Source: an uncultured Hyphomicrobiaceae bacterium (GTDB taxonomy: Bacteria; Pseudomonadota; Alphaproteobacteria; Rhizobiales; Hyphomicrobiaceae). From it: a DNA stretch of 64,000 nucleotides. Position 1 is the first letter of the stretch; each line of letters opens with the position of its first letter. The DNA lies in assembly GCA_964500805.1 (NCBI GenBank), contig CAZCQH010000032.1:1706-65705 (forward strand). Direction: 5' to 3'. This document shows, one piece after another, positions 47,824-58,024 of this stretch. The translations under genes and the position numbers were made by a program. Under the pieces are notes generated by a model that was not told the origin of the DNA, made no database searches, and saw only the letters and a program-made list of their open reading frames with translations.

Positions 47824-48606
47824 ATGACACAAACGCTTGCGACTGACGCCACCAGGGTTGGCCAACAGGCCCCGCGGGCGATTGAGATTTCGAGCATGCA
47901 CAAATGGTACGGTGAGTTCCATGTGCTGCGAAACATCAATCTGACCGTCGCGCAGGGGGAGAAGATCGTCATTTGCGGCCCGTCGGGGTCCGGAAAGTCC
48001 ACGCTTATCCGCTGCATCAACCGGTTGGAGGAGCACCAGCAGGGCAGGATCGTCGTCGAGGGAACGGAGCTGACCGGCGACCTGCGCCAAATCGATGCCA
48101 TCCGCGCCAATGTCGGCATGGTGTTTCAGTCATTCAATCTGTTTCCGCACCTGACCGTAATGGACAACCTTTGTCTGGCGCCGATCTGGGTGAAAAGGAT
48201 GCCGCGCGCCGAGGCCGAGCGCGTTGCGATGCAGTACCTGACGCGCGTGAAGATCCCAGAGCAGGCCCACAAGTATCCGGGCCAGCTCTCGGGCGGCCAG
48301 CAGCAGCGCGTTGCCATCGCGCGCGCGCTCTGCATGAACCCGCGCATCATGCTGTTCGACGAGCCGACCTCGGCCCTTGATCCCGAGATGATCAAGGAAG
48401 TGCTCGACGTGATGATCGAGCTTGCGAACTCCGGCATGACGATGCTGTGCGTGACGCACGAGATGGGGTTCGCCCGTTCCGTCGCCGATCGCATCATCTT
48501 CATGGACAAAGGTGAGATCGTTGAGGAAGGCCCGCCGAAGACGTTTTTCGCCAATCCGCGGGAGGAGCGCACCAAGCTCTTCCTGTCGCAGATCCTCAAT
48601 CACTGA
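47824..48606 (+). CDS. aapP: general L-amino-acid ABC transporter ATP-binding protein
   Basis: Walker [10 protein letters not shown], signature LSGGQQQR, Walker [12 protein letters not shown]. Adjacent to aapJQM. Confidence 0.9.
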   Translation: MTQTLATDATRVGQQAPRAIEISSMHKWYGEFHVLRNINLTVAQGEKIVICGPSGSGKSTLIRCINRLEEHQQGRIVVEGTELTGDLRQIDAIRANVGMVFQSFNLFPHLTVMDNLCLAPIWVKRMPRAEAERVAMQYLTRVKIPEQAHKYPGQLSGGQQQRVAIARALCMNPRIMLFDEPTSALDPEMIKEVLDVMIELANSGMTMLCVTHEMGFARSVADRIIFMDKGEIVEEGPPKTFFANPREERTKLFLSQILNH

Positions 48607-48737
48607 GCCAAGATGCGTTGTCCGGACATATCGGCCGCAAGGATCTGCTAAAAGTCGCCTCACGGGTGACGCCGTAAGTGAAGCACTGCGGCGCACCGGG
48701 AGAAACGAGTATGCGAGTCGAAGAAAGGGAGACTGGA

Positions 48738-49766
48738 ATGAAGCAATTGATCAAGACCGGCGCGGTCATCGCCGTTGCGCTCGCGGGGCTCGCCTCCGCC
48801 GCGCAGGCGCAGGGCAACAGCGTCGTTGCGGCCATCAAGGCGCGCGGCAACATCAACTGCGGCGTGAGCCCTGGCGTGCCGGGGTTCTCGAACCCGGATG
48901 ACAAGGGCAACTGGAAGGGCTTCGACGTCGACTACTGCCGCGCCGTCGCCGCCGCCATCTTCAATGATGCAAGCAAGGTATCCTACAAGCCGCTGACCGC
49001 GAAGGAGCGCTTCACGGCGCTGCAGTCCGGCGAAGTGGATATCCTCTCGCGCACGACGACGTGGACCATGAGCCGCGACAGCTCCATGGGCCTCGTGTTC
49101 GCCGGCATCATGTACTACGACGGCCAGGGCTTCATCGTGAACAAGAAGCTCGGCGTGAAATCGGCGAAGGAGCTGAAGGGCGCGACGGTTTGCGTGCAAA
49201 CCGGCACGACCACAGAGCTCAATCTCGCTGACTACTTCCGCACGAACAAGATGGAGTACAAGCCCGTCGTGTTCGAAAAGGCGGACGAGGCCGTTGCCGC
49301 CTACGATTCCGGCCGCTGCGATGTCTACACGACCGACGCCTCGAGCCTTTACGCGCAACGCCTCAAAATGAAGAACCCCGACGAGAACGTGGTTCTGCCG
49401 GAGATCATTTCCAAGGAGCCGCTTGGTCCGGTGGTTCGCCAGGGCGACTGGCAGTGGTTCACGATGACCAAGTGGGTCTACTACGCGCTGATCAACGCCG
49501 AGGAGCTGGGAGTCAATTCTAAGAACGTCGACGAGATGACCAAGTCGACGAACCCCGAGATCAAGCGGCTCCTCGGGAGCGAAGGCGACTTCGGCAAGGG
49601 CATCGGCCTCGACAACGACTGGGTCGTGCGAATTGTGAAGCAGGTCGGCAACTACGCCGAGATCTACGATCGCAATCTCGGTGATGGCTCGCCGATCAAG
49701 ATCGCCCGCGGCGTCAACAAGCTCTGGTCCGAAGGTGGCCTTCAGTACGCCCCACCAGTCCGCTGA
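48738..49766 (+). CDS. aapJ: general L-amino-acid ABC transporter substrate-binding protein
   Basis: Signal peptide then CGVSPGVPGFS..D..GNWKGFDVDYCRAVAAAIF...KERFTALQSGEVDILSR, strongly AapJ-like. Confidence 0.88.
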   Translation: MKQLIKTGAVIAVALAGLASAAQAQGNSVVAAIKARGNINCGVSPGVPGFSNPDDKGNWKGFDVDYCRAVAAAIFNDASKVSYKPLTAKERFTALQSGEVDILSRTTTWTMSRDSSMGLVFAGIMYYDGQGFIVNKKLGVKSAKELKGATVCVQTGTTTELNLADYFRTNKMEYKPVVFEKADEAVAAYDSGRCDVYTTDASSLYAQRLKMKNPDENVVLPEIISKEPLGPVVRQGDWQWFTMTKWVYYALINAEELGVNSKNVDEMTKSTNPEIKRLLGSEGDFGKGIGLDNDWVVRIVKQVGNYAEIYDRNLGDGSPIKIARGVNKLWSEGGLQYAPPVR

Positions 49767-49828
49767 AGACTTTGAGTTGAGCTGGCCGGAGCAATCCGGC
49801 CAGCTTCGTTTCTGGCGAGGGGACGAAC

Positions 49829-51031
49829 ATGGCGACAACGGTCTCGACTGAGCGGCAGCCGGCCGTCACTGCCCCCGCGCCGAGCCTTCTCTACCGGCGC
49901 GAAGTACGCCAGATCATATATCAGGTGGTCCTTGTCGTATTGCTTGCCGCTTTCTTCTGGATGGTGATCGGCAACGCGCGCAACAACCTGGCCCGGCAGA
50001 ACGTCACGGCCGGCTTCGATTTTCTCGATCGCACGTCCGGTTTCGATATTTCGCAGTCGCTGATCAATTACTCCGCGACCTCCACCTTCGGCGACGCGAT
50101 ACTCGTCGGGCTGCTGAATACGCTTGTCGTCGCCGCCATCGGCATCGTGCTCGCCACGATTGTCGGCTTTGTCATGGGCATCGCGCGGCTCTCGAACAAT
50201 TGGCTGATTGCGAAGCTGGCGTCCTGGTACGTCGAAATCGCGCGCAACGTGCCACTGCTGCTGCAGCTCTTCGTCTGGTATTTCGGCGTCATTCGGAACC
50301 TGCCGCCTGCGCGTCAGAGCTACCAAGTCCCCGGTGGCGGATATCTGAGCATCAAAGGGCTCTACCTGCCGAAGCCGGTGCCGGGCTCGGGCTTCGGATA
50401 TGTTCTGGCGGCGCTGCTGATCGGCATCATTGCCTCGATCGCCTTTGCCTCCTACGCCAAGGCCTATCAGCGCCGCACCGGTCAGCGCCTGCCTGTGCTC
50501 TGGACCACGCTCTGGCTGATCCTCATTGTACCGGGGCTGCTGTTCCTTCTGCTGGGCGCGCCGCTCTCGTTCAGCTACCCGGAGCTGCAAGGCTTCAATT
50601 TTCGCGGCGGCATCGAGATCCTGCCCGAAATCGTCGCCATGCTCCTGGGACTCGTCTTCTATACGGGCGGCTACATCGCCGAGGTGGTTCGCGCAGGCAT
50701 TATCGGCGTGGCCAAGGGCCAGAAGGAGGCCGCGCGTGCACTCGGCCTGCAGCCCGGCTTGATGATGCGCCTTGTCGTCATTCCGCAAGCGCTCCGCATC
50801 ATCATTCCGCCGCTGACGAGCCAGTACCTGAACCTCACGAAGAACTCCTCGCTTGGCATCGCCATCGCTTACCCGGATCTGACGCACATTCTCGCGAACA
50901 CCACACTCAATCAGACCAACCAGGCGATTGAGACCATCTCGATCCTGATGGGCATCTATCTGACGCTGAGCCTGCTCACGTCGCTCTTCATGAACTGGTT
51001 CAACAAGCGCATGGCGCTGGTCGAGAGATAG
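49829..51031 (+). CDS. aapQ: general L-amino-acid ABC transporter permease
   Basis: 400 aa with EAA-loop region (GQKEAARALGL) and AapQ-like length and topology. Confidence 0.88.
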   Translation: MATTVSTERQPAVTAPAPSLLYRREVRQIIYQVVLVVLLAAFFWMVIGNARNNLARQNVTAGFDFLDRTSGFDISQSLINYSATSTFGDAILVGLLNTLVVAAIGIVLATIVGFVMGIARLSNNWLIAKLASWYVEIARNVPLLLQLFVWYFGVIRNLPPARQSYQVPGGGYLSIKGLYLPKPVPGSGFGYVLAALLIGIIASIAFASYAKAYQRRTGQRLPVLWTTLWLILIVPGLLFLLLGAPLSFSYPELQGFNFRGGIEILPEIVAMLLGLVFYTGGYIAEVVRAGIIGVAKGQKEAARALGLQPGLMMRLVVIPQALRIIIPPLTSQYLNLTKNSSLGIAIAYPDLTHILANTTLNQTNQAIETISILMGIYLTLSLLTSLFMNWFNKRMALVER

Positions 51032-51038
51032 GTGCGCC

Positions 51039-52391
51039 ATGGCTGTCGATACCGGCATGCGCCCGCCGCGCGCCACCACCGGCCCCATCGCGTGGCTGCG
51101 CGACAACCTGTTTTCCAATGTCACGAACAGCGTCCTGACCGTGGTGGCGTGTTGGCTGATCTGGAAGTTGTTCGTCGGCATTCTGGACTGGTGCTTCCTG
51201 TCCGCGGTCTGGAATGGTCCGGATGGCAATTACGTCTCCGGCTGGCGCTTCTGGGAGCTGTTCACCGAGCCCTGGGCGACGACCAATGGCAAGCCTTGCC
51301 AGGTCGAGGGCACAGGCGCCTGCTGGCCGTTCATCGCGGCCAAGTTCCCGCAGTTCATCTATGGCCGGTATCCGCTGGAATTCCGCTGGCGCGTCGATCT
51401 GACGGCGATCCTGCTCGCCATAGGTCTCATGTGGCTGATGGTGCCGCGCATTCCAGGCAAGCTCTACAGCGCCGTCTATACGTTCCTCGTCTTTCCGTGC
51501 GTTGCCTACTGGCTGCTCTCCGGCAGCAATCCCGGCGATCGCGTGACCTGGGCCGACTGGCTCGGCGGATTGTTGCTTGTTGCCGGTATCATGCTGCTGG
51601 TGAACGCGAAGCGCGGGCCCGCTGCGTTGCTCGGGCCCTCGACGCGAACCGTCGGCGTGCTGAGCCTGTTTGCGGCGATTCCGCTCGTGCTGCAGTTCCT
51701 ATTCAGCTCGAGCGGCCTGATTTACCTGCCCGTCGTCAAGACCGAGCTTTGGGGCGGGCTGCTGGTGACGCTGGTCGTGGCGCTTGTCGGGCTCACCGGC
51801 GCCTTCCCGATCGGCATTTTGCTTGCGCTCGGCCGGCGCTCGAGAATGCCGCTGGTGCGCTGGGCCTCGGTCGGTTTCATCGAGTTGGTGCGCGGTGTGC
51901 CGCTGATCACCATCCTGTTCATGTCGTCGGTGATGCTGCCGCTGTTCCTTCCCGACGGAATGTCGTTCGACAAGCTGCTGCGCGCGCTGATCGGCGTCAT
52001 GCTGTTCCAGGGTGCCTACATGGCCGAGACGGTCCGCGGGGGTCTGCAGGCGATCCCGCGCGGTCAGTTCGAGGCGGCTGACGCACTGGGCCTCTCGTAC
52101 CAGCAGAAGATGAGCTTCATCGTGCTGCCGCAGGCGCTGAAGCTCGTCATCCCCGGCATCGTCAACAGCTTCGTCGGCCTCTTCAAGGACACGAGCCTGG
52201 TGTTGATCATCGGCCTCTTCGATCTGCTTGGCATCGTGCAGCTCAACTCGAACGCGGATCCTAACTGGTCCGCCCCGTCCACGAACATGACGGGCTACAT
52301 CTTCGCGGCGCTCATCTTCTGGATCTGCTGCTACGGCATCTCGCGCTATTCGCAGAGTGTCGAGAGACGCCTTGCGACGGATCATCGCTGA
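51039..52391 (+). CDS. aapM: general L-amino-acid ABC transporter permease
   Basis: Polytopic permease. QFEAADALGLSY EAA loop. Follows aapQ by 7 nt. Confidence 0.85.
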   Translation: MAVDTGMRPPRATTGPIAWLRDNLFSNVTNSVLTVVACWLIWKLFVGILDWCFLSAVWNGPDGNYVSGWRFWELFTEPWATTNGKPCQVEGTGACWPFIAAKFPQFIYGRYPLEFRWRVDLTAILLAIGLMWLMVPRIPGKLYSAVYTFLVFPCVAYWLLSGSNPGDRVTWADWLGGLLLVAGIMLLVNAKRGPAALLGPSTRTVGVLSLFAAIPLVLQFLFSSSGLIYLPVVKTELWGGLLVTLVVALVGLTGAFPIGILLALGRRSRMPLVRWASVGFIELVRGVPLITILFMSSVMLPLFLPDGMSFDKLLRALIGVMLFQGAYMAETVRGGLQAIPRGQFEAADALGLSYQQKMSFIVLPQALKLVIPGIVNSFVGLFKDTSLVLIIGLFDLLGIVQLNSNADPNWSAPSTNMTGYIFAALIFWICCYGISRYSQSVERRLATDHR

Positions 52392-52579
52392 CCACGGGTT
52401 CAACGATTGCCGCCTGTCCTGTGCCGCCCGGTCAACGACGCGGCCGGGTGCTACCTGTTGGCTCATGGGCGCCTCTGCTCGGCACTGGTAAATCGCGGGC
52501 AATGTCCGGCGTCGGCGCTCGAGCGTGTCACTGGCTCCCGTGGCGTGCGCGCGCGCGCCTTTGAAGGCTCAATGGGATA

Positions 52580-53644
52580 ATGGCTCAGTCAACAGTCCTC
52601 GATGGTGAGGCTCATCCGACATTGCGCGGTGTCCGCCTGTGGCTCGCGCTGATTGCGCTGCTTGTCGCGATGACCGCTGTGGTTGGAGCGGCCACGCGCC
52701 TCACCGGCAGCGGCCTTTCGATCACCGAGTGGGCGCCGATCGTCGGAATCATTCCGCCGCTCAACGAGGCGCAGTGGCAAGAGGCCTTTGCGAAGTACAA
52801 GCAAATCCCCCAATACACCCAGATCAACAAAGGTATGAGCATCGAGGCCTTCCGCAGCATTTTCTGGTGGGAGTGGAGCCACCGCGTCCTGGGTCGCCTG
52901 ATCGGCGTCGTGTTTCTCATTCCGATGCTGGTCTTCTGGCTTCGGGGTGCAATTCCAAGGTCGCTCCGCCCGCGCATGGTGCTGTTGCTCCTGCTCGGCG
53001 GCCTGCAGGGCGCGATCGGTTGGTACATGGTGCGTTCGGGGCTCGTCGATCGCGTTGACGTCAGCCCCTATCGACTCGCGATGCACTTGGGGCTCGCGGT
53101 ATTCATCTTCGGCCTCATCGTCTGGACGATCCTGGAGCTCAGCGGCGACCATCGCCGCCAGCATCTGGCGACGCAAAGAAAGGCTGATCACCTGCGTGCC
53201 CATGTGTTGGTCGCTGTCGTTTTCCTCCAGATCGTGCTCGGAGCGTTGGTTGCGGGTCTCAAAGCGGGCCTGACTTATACTACGTGGCCACTGATGGACG
53301 GCTGGCTTTGGCCCTCGGGTCTGTTTCATCTGACGCCATGGTGGGTGAACGTCTTCGAAAATCCGGCGCTGGTTCAGTTCAACCACCGGATCGTTGCCTA
53401 CCTGCTTGCGATCCTGGTCACGGTGCAGGCTGCGGCTACGGCAGGCCGTGCGGGCGATGAATGTGTAACCCGCTCAGCCGTCGTTTTGGCGCTCCTGGTC
53501 TGGGCGCAGGCGGCGCTCGGGATTTGGACGCTGCTTGCGTGGGTGCCGCTCGGTCTCGGGGTCGCACATCAGGCAGGTGCGCTGGTGGTGCTCGCCGCCG
53601 CGCTCTGGCATCTTTTCGCGGTGCGCCATGGCAGCCGGCATTGA
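52580..53644 (+). CDS. ctaA: heme A synthase (COX15/CtaA family)
   Basis: 354 aa, 8 TM segments. GSGLSITEW.P..G..PP, W.EW.HR..GR and conserved His pairs. Confidence 0.9.
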   Translation: MAQSTVLDGEAHPTLRGVRLWLALIALLVAMTAVVGAATRLTGSGLSITEWAPIVGIIPPLNEAQWQEAFAKYKQIPQYTQINKGMSIEAFRSIFWWEWSHRVLGRLIGVVFLIPMLVFWLRGAIPRSLRPRMVLLLLLGGLQGAIGWYMVRSGLVDRVDVSPYRLAMHLGLAVFIFGLIVWTILELSGDHRRQHLATQRKADHLRAHVLVAVVFLQIVLGALVAGLKAGLTYTTWPLMDGWLWPSGLFHLTPWWVNVFENPALVQFNHRIVAYLLAILVTVQAAATAGRAGDECVTRSAVVLALLVWAQAALGIWTLLAWVPLGLGVAHQAGALVVLAAALWHLFAVRHGSRH

Positions 53645-53766
53645 GCCGCGTTGCGTCGCGAGCACACCACGCGCCGGATTTAACCGACGCTGCGACCATT
53701 GGTTGCGCGGCCTCGGGGCAGCGTGAAAGGGTGCTGGAGAAGTCGGCGTTCGGCGCGAGGTGCGAG

Positions 53767-54039
53767 ATGAACAGCTTGCGGCAGGTCCTGGTCGGGTTTT
53801 CGGGCTGCATCCTGGTCGCAGTGACGGTTGGGCTCGCGCCGGCGATGGCGCAGCAATCAGGCGTCAGCTCGGGGCGCGATTGCCAGGTGGTGCGGACGTG
53901 CAACTTCGCGCGCGGCGCGGCAGTGCGCGGGTGTCTCTCGTCCTACACGTGCCGCACGTGCCGTTTCGTCAGGGCCCGCTGTACCGTCGGAAGTCGCAGC
54001 GGACGCTGCGATGAGCTCATCTGCACGTGGGGCGGCTGA
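53767..54039 (+). CDS. small secreted cysteine-rich protein
   Basis: 90 aa. Signal peptide (..VAVTVGLAPAMAQQ) and 8 Cys in a mature region of about 62 aa. GAGGTG upstream. Confidence 0.45.
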   Translation: MNSLRQVLVGFSGCILVAVTVGLAPAMAQQSGVSSGRDCQVVRTCNFARGAAVRGCLSSYTCRTCRFVRARCTVGSRSGRCDELICTWGG

Positions 54040-54141
54040 TCCCGGCCCGGCTCGAGTTTCCGAAAATGCTCAGCTTGGCGCCGTGCCAATTGCGCTATAG
54101 GTGAGGAGCCGCGACACGATGCGGCCGACCGTAGCGGGGCC

Positions 54142-54933
54142 TTGATGCGAATTCTGCTCACCAACGACGACGGCTTCGATGCGCCCGGTTTGCAAGCGCT
54201 GCGCGAAATCGCCATGGAGATCGCCGGTCCTGGTGGCGAGGTGTGGATCGTGGCGCCCGAGACCAATCAGTCGGGTGCAGGTCATTCGCTCTCGCTCAAC
54301 GAGCCGCTGCGCATGCGCGAGGTGGTTGAACGCGTCTATGCCGTGCGCGGCACACCCACTGACTGCGTGATCATGGGACTGCGCCACATCTTGAAGGATG
54401 AGCGCCCCCCGGACCTCGTGCTGTCGGGCATCAATCGTGGCGCGAACCTCGCTGAAGATGTGACCTATTCGGGAACGATAGCTGGTGCGTTCGAAGGTAC
54501 GCAGCTCGGCGTGCGGTCCATCGCGCTCTCCCAGGCCTACAGCTACGAGGTCGGAGACTTTCCACACTGGCAGACGCCGATCCGGCATGCGCCGGCATTG
54601 ATCCGGCAGCTTCTCGCCGAGGATTGGCCGCGAGGCGTTCTGATGAACGTGAATTTTCCGGACCGCGCACCGGACGAGATCGAGGGCATCGAGGTCACGC
54701 GGCAAGGCAAGCGCGATCAGCAGCTGCTCGGCATCGACGCGCGACGCGACACTTGGGGCACCCCCTACTATTGGCTGGGCTACGCCAAGCGCCGCTCGAA
54801 CCCGGAGCGCGGTACGGACCTGTGGGCCGTTTACAACGGCTGGATTTCGGTCACGCCGCTCAACATGAACCTCACCGATCGTGACATGCGAAAGCGCCTG
54901 CAGGCGCGTCTTGGCGACGGCACGGCGACGTGA
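54142..54933 (+). CDS. surE: 5'/3'-nucleotidase SurE
   Basis: MRILLTNDDGFDAPGL, SGINRGANLAEDVTYSGTIAGA. Confidence 0.95.
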   Translation: MMRILLTNDDGFDAPGLQALREIAMEIAGPGGEVWIVAPETNQSGAGHSLSLNEPLRMREVVERVYAVRGTPTDCVIMGLRHILKDERPPDLVLSGINRGANLAEDVTYSGTIAGAFEGTQLGVRSIALSQAYSYEVGDFPHWQTPIRHAPALIRQLLAEDWPRGVLMNVNFPDRAPDEIEGIEVTRQGKRDQQLLGIDARRDTWGTPYYWLGYAKRRSNPERGTDLWAVYNGWISVTPLNMNLTDRDMRKRLQARLGDGTAT

Positions 54934-55290
54934 CGCCCCAAATCGGCATCTTGGAATGCGCTCCCGCTGCGGCGCCGCGTTTGAATAGCGGTTCGCCTTC
55001 TCGATGGCGACAGAGACCAGCATCCGCGGCCTGCTCCGGCTAATCCAATTTGACGCGAATTCGCCTCGGATTCGCGGCGAACTGAACGTGACGCCCACCG
55101 GGTGACGGCACGGAGTGATACGGTCGGCCCGCGGCCGATAGGCGATAGCCCGCCCGTCTCCGACGTCCGCGTCATGCTTCACCAAGTGTTTCTGACCGCC
55201 GACTGATGCACGCGGCCTGCCGGGATCGGCAGTTCAACAAATCTTTAAGTATTCCTGGCAGTGTGGGTGTCCGCGTGAGGAGTATGCATC

Positions 55291-56184
55291 ATGAGACGAC
55301 GCACCAAGCTGCCAAGCCGCAACTCCATACTGTTCAATGGTGCGGCAATCGTGATCGGCGGCGTGTCGCTCGTCCTTGCCCTGAAGTCCAGTCTGATCAA
55401 GGAAGACGCGGAAGTTTGCAGCGCTCGATATCTGCAGGGCACGCGGATGTCCCTCGAGCGCAATGGTGCGCCGTTGAGCGCTGATGATCTGCAGTCACGA
55501 CTTGCCGGTACGGACTGGGGATTGCTCGACCGTGCATCGGTAGTGAAAGTCAAATCGGGTCCCTCCGACCTGGCCATGCAACTTGATTTGACAACCGCCC
55601 GCGCCGACGACCGCAATGAGGATAACGGCAGGGAAGGGGTAGGCTTCTCTTGGCTTCCTCGAGCTCTGACCCCGGTCAATGCGGCTTGCCTCAGCTACTC
55701 GATTTATCTTCCGGCTGGTTTTCAGTTCGTCGGTGGTGGCCGATTGCCGGGGTTGATGGGCACGTCGGCCCTGGTCACGGGCTCAGGCGACGGGGCGACC
55801 GAAGGGAGCAGCCCCTTTTCGATGCGGTTGCAATGGAAGGAGAACGGCAGCGGCGAAGTGCTAGCCCAGTTGCAGCAGACGGGTGAGGGCCGCAGCCTTG
55901 GCGGCCGCAAGAGCGGCTTCGTGTACCCGCGCGGGAAGTGGGCCCAGCTCGAGCAGGAGGTCGTACTCAACGCGGCCGGCAAGAGCAACGGTATCGTTCG
56001 CGTTTGGGTCGATGGCACGCTCCGCTACGAGAAGACCGACGTCGTCTTCAATCAGGCCGGCAAATCCAAGCTCACCGGCGTCTATGCTGAGGTGGTGCCA
56101 ACAGGCAAGGATTTCCCCGCGTCCGCCAAGGAGCAGAAAATCCAGATGTCGCCTCTCGAAGTGCGCTGGAACAAGCCGCAGTAA
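55291..56184 (+). CDS. membrane-anchored polysaccharide-lyase-like (PL14/concanavalin-fold) protein
   Basis: N-terminal TM segment. The motif GGRLPGLMG and an overall beta-rich pattern recall PF14099-type lyase domains. Assignment is tentative. Confidence 0.45.
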   Translation: MRRRTKLPSRNSILFNGAAIVIGGVSLVLALKSSLIKEDAEVCSARYLQGTRMSLERNGAPLSADDLQSRLAGTDWGLLDRASVVKVKSGPSDLAMQLDLTTARADDRNEDNGREGVGFSWLPRALTPVNAACLSYSIYLPAGFQFVGGGRLPGLMGTSALVTGSGDGATEGSSPFSMRLQWKENGSGEVLAQLQQTGEGRSLGGRKSGFVYPRGKWAQLEQEVVLNAAGKSNGIVRVWVDGTLRYEKTDVVFNQAGKSKLTGVYAEVVPTGKDFPASAKEQKIQMSPLEVRWNKPQ

Positions 56185-56198
56185 CTCGAAGCAGCGCG

Positions 56199-57047
56199 TC
56201 AGCGCATGAAGCTGGCGATCTTGTCGAGGTGCGGCAGCGCTTTGTCGGCTAGCTCCGGCTCCACATTGAAGACGATGCGGTCGACACCTTCGTCGCGCAT
56301 GCGCTTCACTTGATCGGCAGGCGATGCGCTGTTGAGGCCCCACACCGTGATGGGTAGCGTGGCGGGATCGCGTCCGGACTCCTTCACCATCTTGCGGAAC
56401 TCGGGAAAGTGAACCGAGACGTCGTCGTATTGCGGACGCTTCACGTGCGGCATCCAGCCGTCTCCATAGGCGATCGCGCGGCGTGCGCCGTAGGGAAAGG
56501 CACCGCCCATGATCACCGGCACGCCCGGCTTTTGCACCGGCTTCGGCCAGGTCATCATGGGTCCGAACTTTACGAACTCGCCGCTGTACTCCGGTTTCGA
56601 CTTCGACCAGATGACGCGCATGGCCTCGATGCGCTCCTTCAAGAGCTTGAACCTTGTCTTGAACTCGGTGCCGTGGTTCGCCATCTCATCGGCGTTCCAC
56701 CCGGCCCCGACGCCGAACAGGAAACGGCCACCTGAGATCTGATCGAGGCTCGCAACCGACTTGGCCGTCTGGATCGGATCGCGCTGGACGACGAGGCAGA
56801 TGCCGGTTCCGACCTTGAGCTTGGAGGTCGCGGCAGCTGCGGCCGAGAGCGTCACGAACGGGTCCATGACGTCGTAGTACTTCTTCGGCAGGTCGCCGCC
56901 TTGCGGATAGGATGAAGCGCGCGTCAGCGGGATGTGCGAATGCTCCGGCGCCCAGGCGGACTCGAAGCCCCGCTCCTCGAGCGCCTTGGCGAGCGCCGCC
57001 GGGCCGATCGAGTAATCGGTGAAGAACATCGCTGCGCCGAATTTCAT
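56199..57047 (-). CDS. LLM class F420-dependent-type oxidoreductase
   Basis: 282 aa. MKFGAAMFFTDY...GFES.W.PEHSHIP and GGRFLFGVGAGWN. Confidence 0.85.
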   Translation of the reverse strand: MKFGAAMFFTDYSIGPAALAKALEERGFESAWAPEHSHIPLTRASSYPQGGDLPKKYYDVMDPFVTLSAAAAATSKLKVGTGICLVVQRDPIQTAKSVASLDQISGGRFLFGVGAGWNADEMANHGTEFKTRFKLLKERIEAMRVIWSKSKPEYSGEFVKFGPMMTWPKPVQKPGVPVIMGGAFPYGARRAIAYGDGWMPHVKRPQYDDVSVHFPEFRKMVKESGRDPATLPITVWGLNSASPADQVKRMRDEGVDRIVFNVEPELADKALPHLDKIASFMR

Positions 57048-57264
57048 GGAGTCTCCTCCCAGCCGCTTGGCCGGTCACGTTCTCATTGGTCACGTCTCAT
57101 CCGGGCAAGCCTATACTGGCGCGTTTGGACATGCGAGCCCTCGCTTTTGCCTCGCTTTTGCTCGAGGGTCATTGCAACTGGTCCACGCCATCGCAAAACG
57201 AACGGACGGTAAGATGATCGCTGTCGGCGAGTTGCCGAGCATTCTCGCCTGTCTCTCGTGGCGA

Positions 57265-57999
57265 TCAGTTCGCGACGACGAGCCTGTATCCGGCGTCATA
57301 GGCATCGAGCGCGAGCAAGTCGGCGTATCGGCGCTGCCACGCGCCGGTATCGAGATCTCGCCGCAGCTTCTCCAGTCCCGGTTCAGCGGCGGCGCCGATG
57401 GCCCAGAAGGAAGAGCTGCCGGATCGTATGAAGGGATCGAGATAAGCCGCAGGTCGACGCCAGTAGGCGTAGAGAAAACCGTCGCAGCAGTCATGTGGCA
57501 CCAGAACAGGCGTGATGTTCACAGAGCCCAACCACCGTTCGTAGTCAGCCAGTCTCGGCATCTGTGCCTCGTCCAGCGACGCCAGCTCGGGGAGATAATT
57601 GGTCAGCCATGGACGGTGCGATGGATCGTGCGTGAGGAGGACGATTGGTCCTTTTGTTACGCGGCGCATCTCGCGCAAACCGGCCGCCGGGTCCGGCCAA
57701 TGGTGAATGGTCAGGATCGCCATCGACGCATCGAAGCTCTTGTCACCGAACGGCAATGCGTCTGCGCTGGCCTGAATCGCCTTGGCCGCTGCCGGACTGC
57801 GCTTTGAGACCATCTCGTGCGAAGGTTCGACGGCGATCACAGATCGGTCTGTTGGCTCGTACGAGTTGGTGCCCGCGCCAACGTTCAATACTGTTCGTGC
57901 TGAGCCAAGCGCGCTGCGGATGACCTCGGCAATTCTCGGGTCCGGTTTGCGAAGCTCCGCATAGTTCACGCCGATGCTGTCGTATTTGGCGTTCGTCAT
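57265..57999 (-). CDS. class I SAM-dependent methyltransferase
   Basis: SAM motif VLNVGAGTNSYEP. Start taken at internal MTNAKYD. Confidence 0.8.
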   Translation of the reverse strand: MTNAKYDSIGVNYAELRKPDPRIAEVIRSALGSARTVLNVGAGTNSYEPTDRSVIAVEPSHEMVSKRSPAAAKAIQASADALPFGDKSFDASMAILTIHHWPDPAAGLREMRRVTKGPIVLLTHDPSHRPWLTNYLPELASLDEAQMPRLADYERWLGSVNITPVLVPHDCCDGFLYAYWRRPAAYLDPFIRSGSSSFWAIGAAAEPGLEKLRRDLDTGAWQRRYADLLALDAYDAGYRLVVAN

Positions 58000-58024
58000 C
58001 TCGTCTCGATCGCGCAGATCGCCG

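Noticed and set aside
49742-51229. 495-aa minus-strand ORF
   Set aside because: It is antisense to aapQ, with an Arg/Asp/Gln-rich unnatural composition and no recognisable family.
54070-55185. 371-aa minus-strand ORF
   Set aside because: It is antisense to surE. A shadow ORF.
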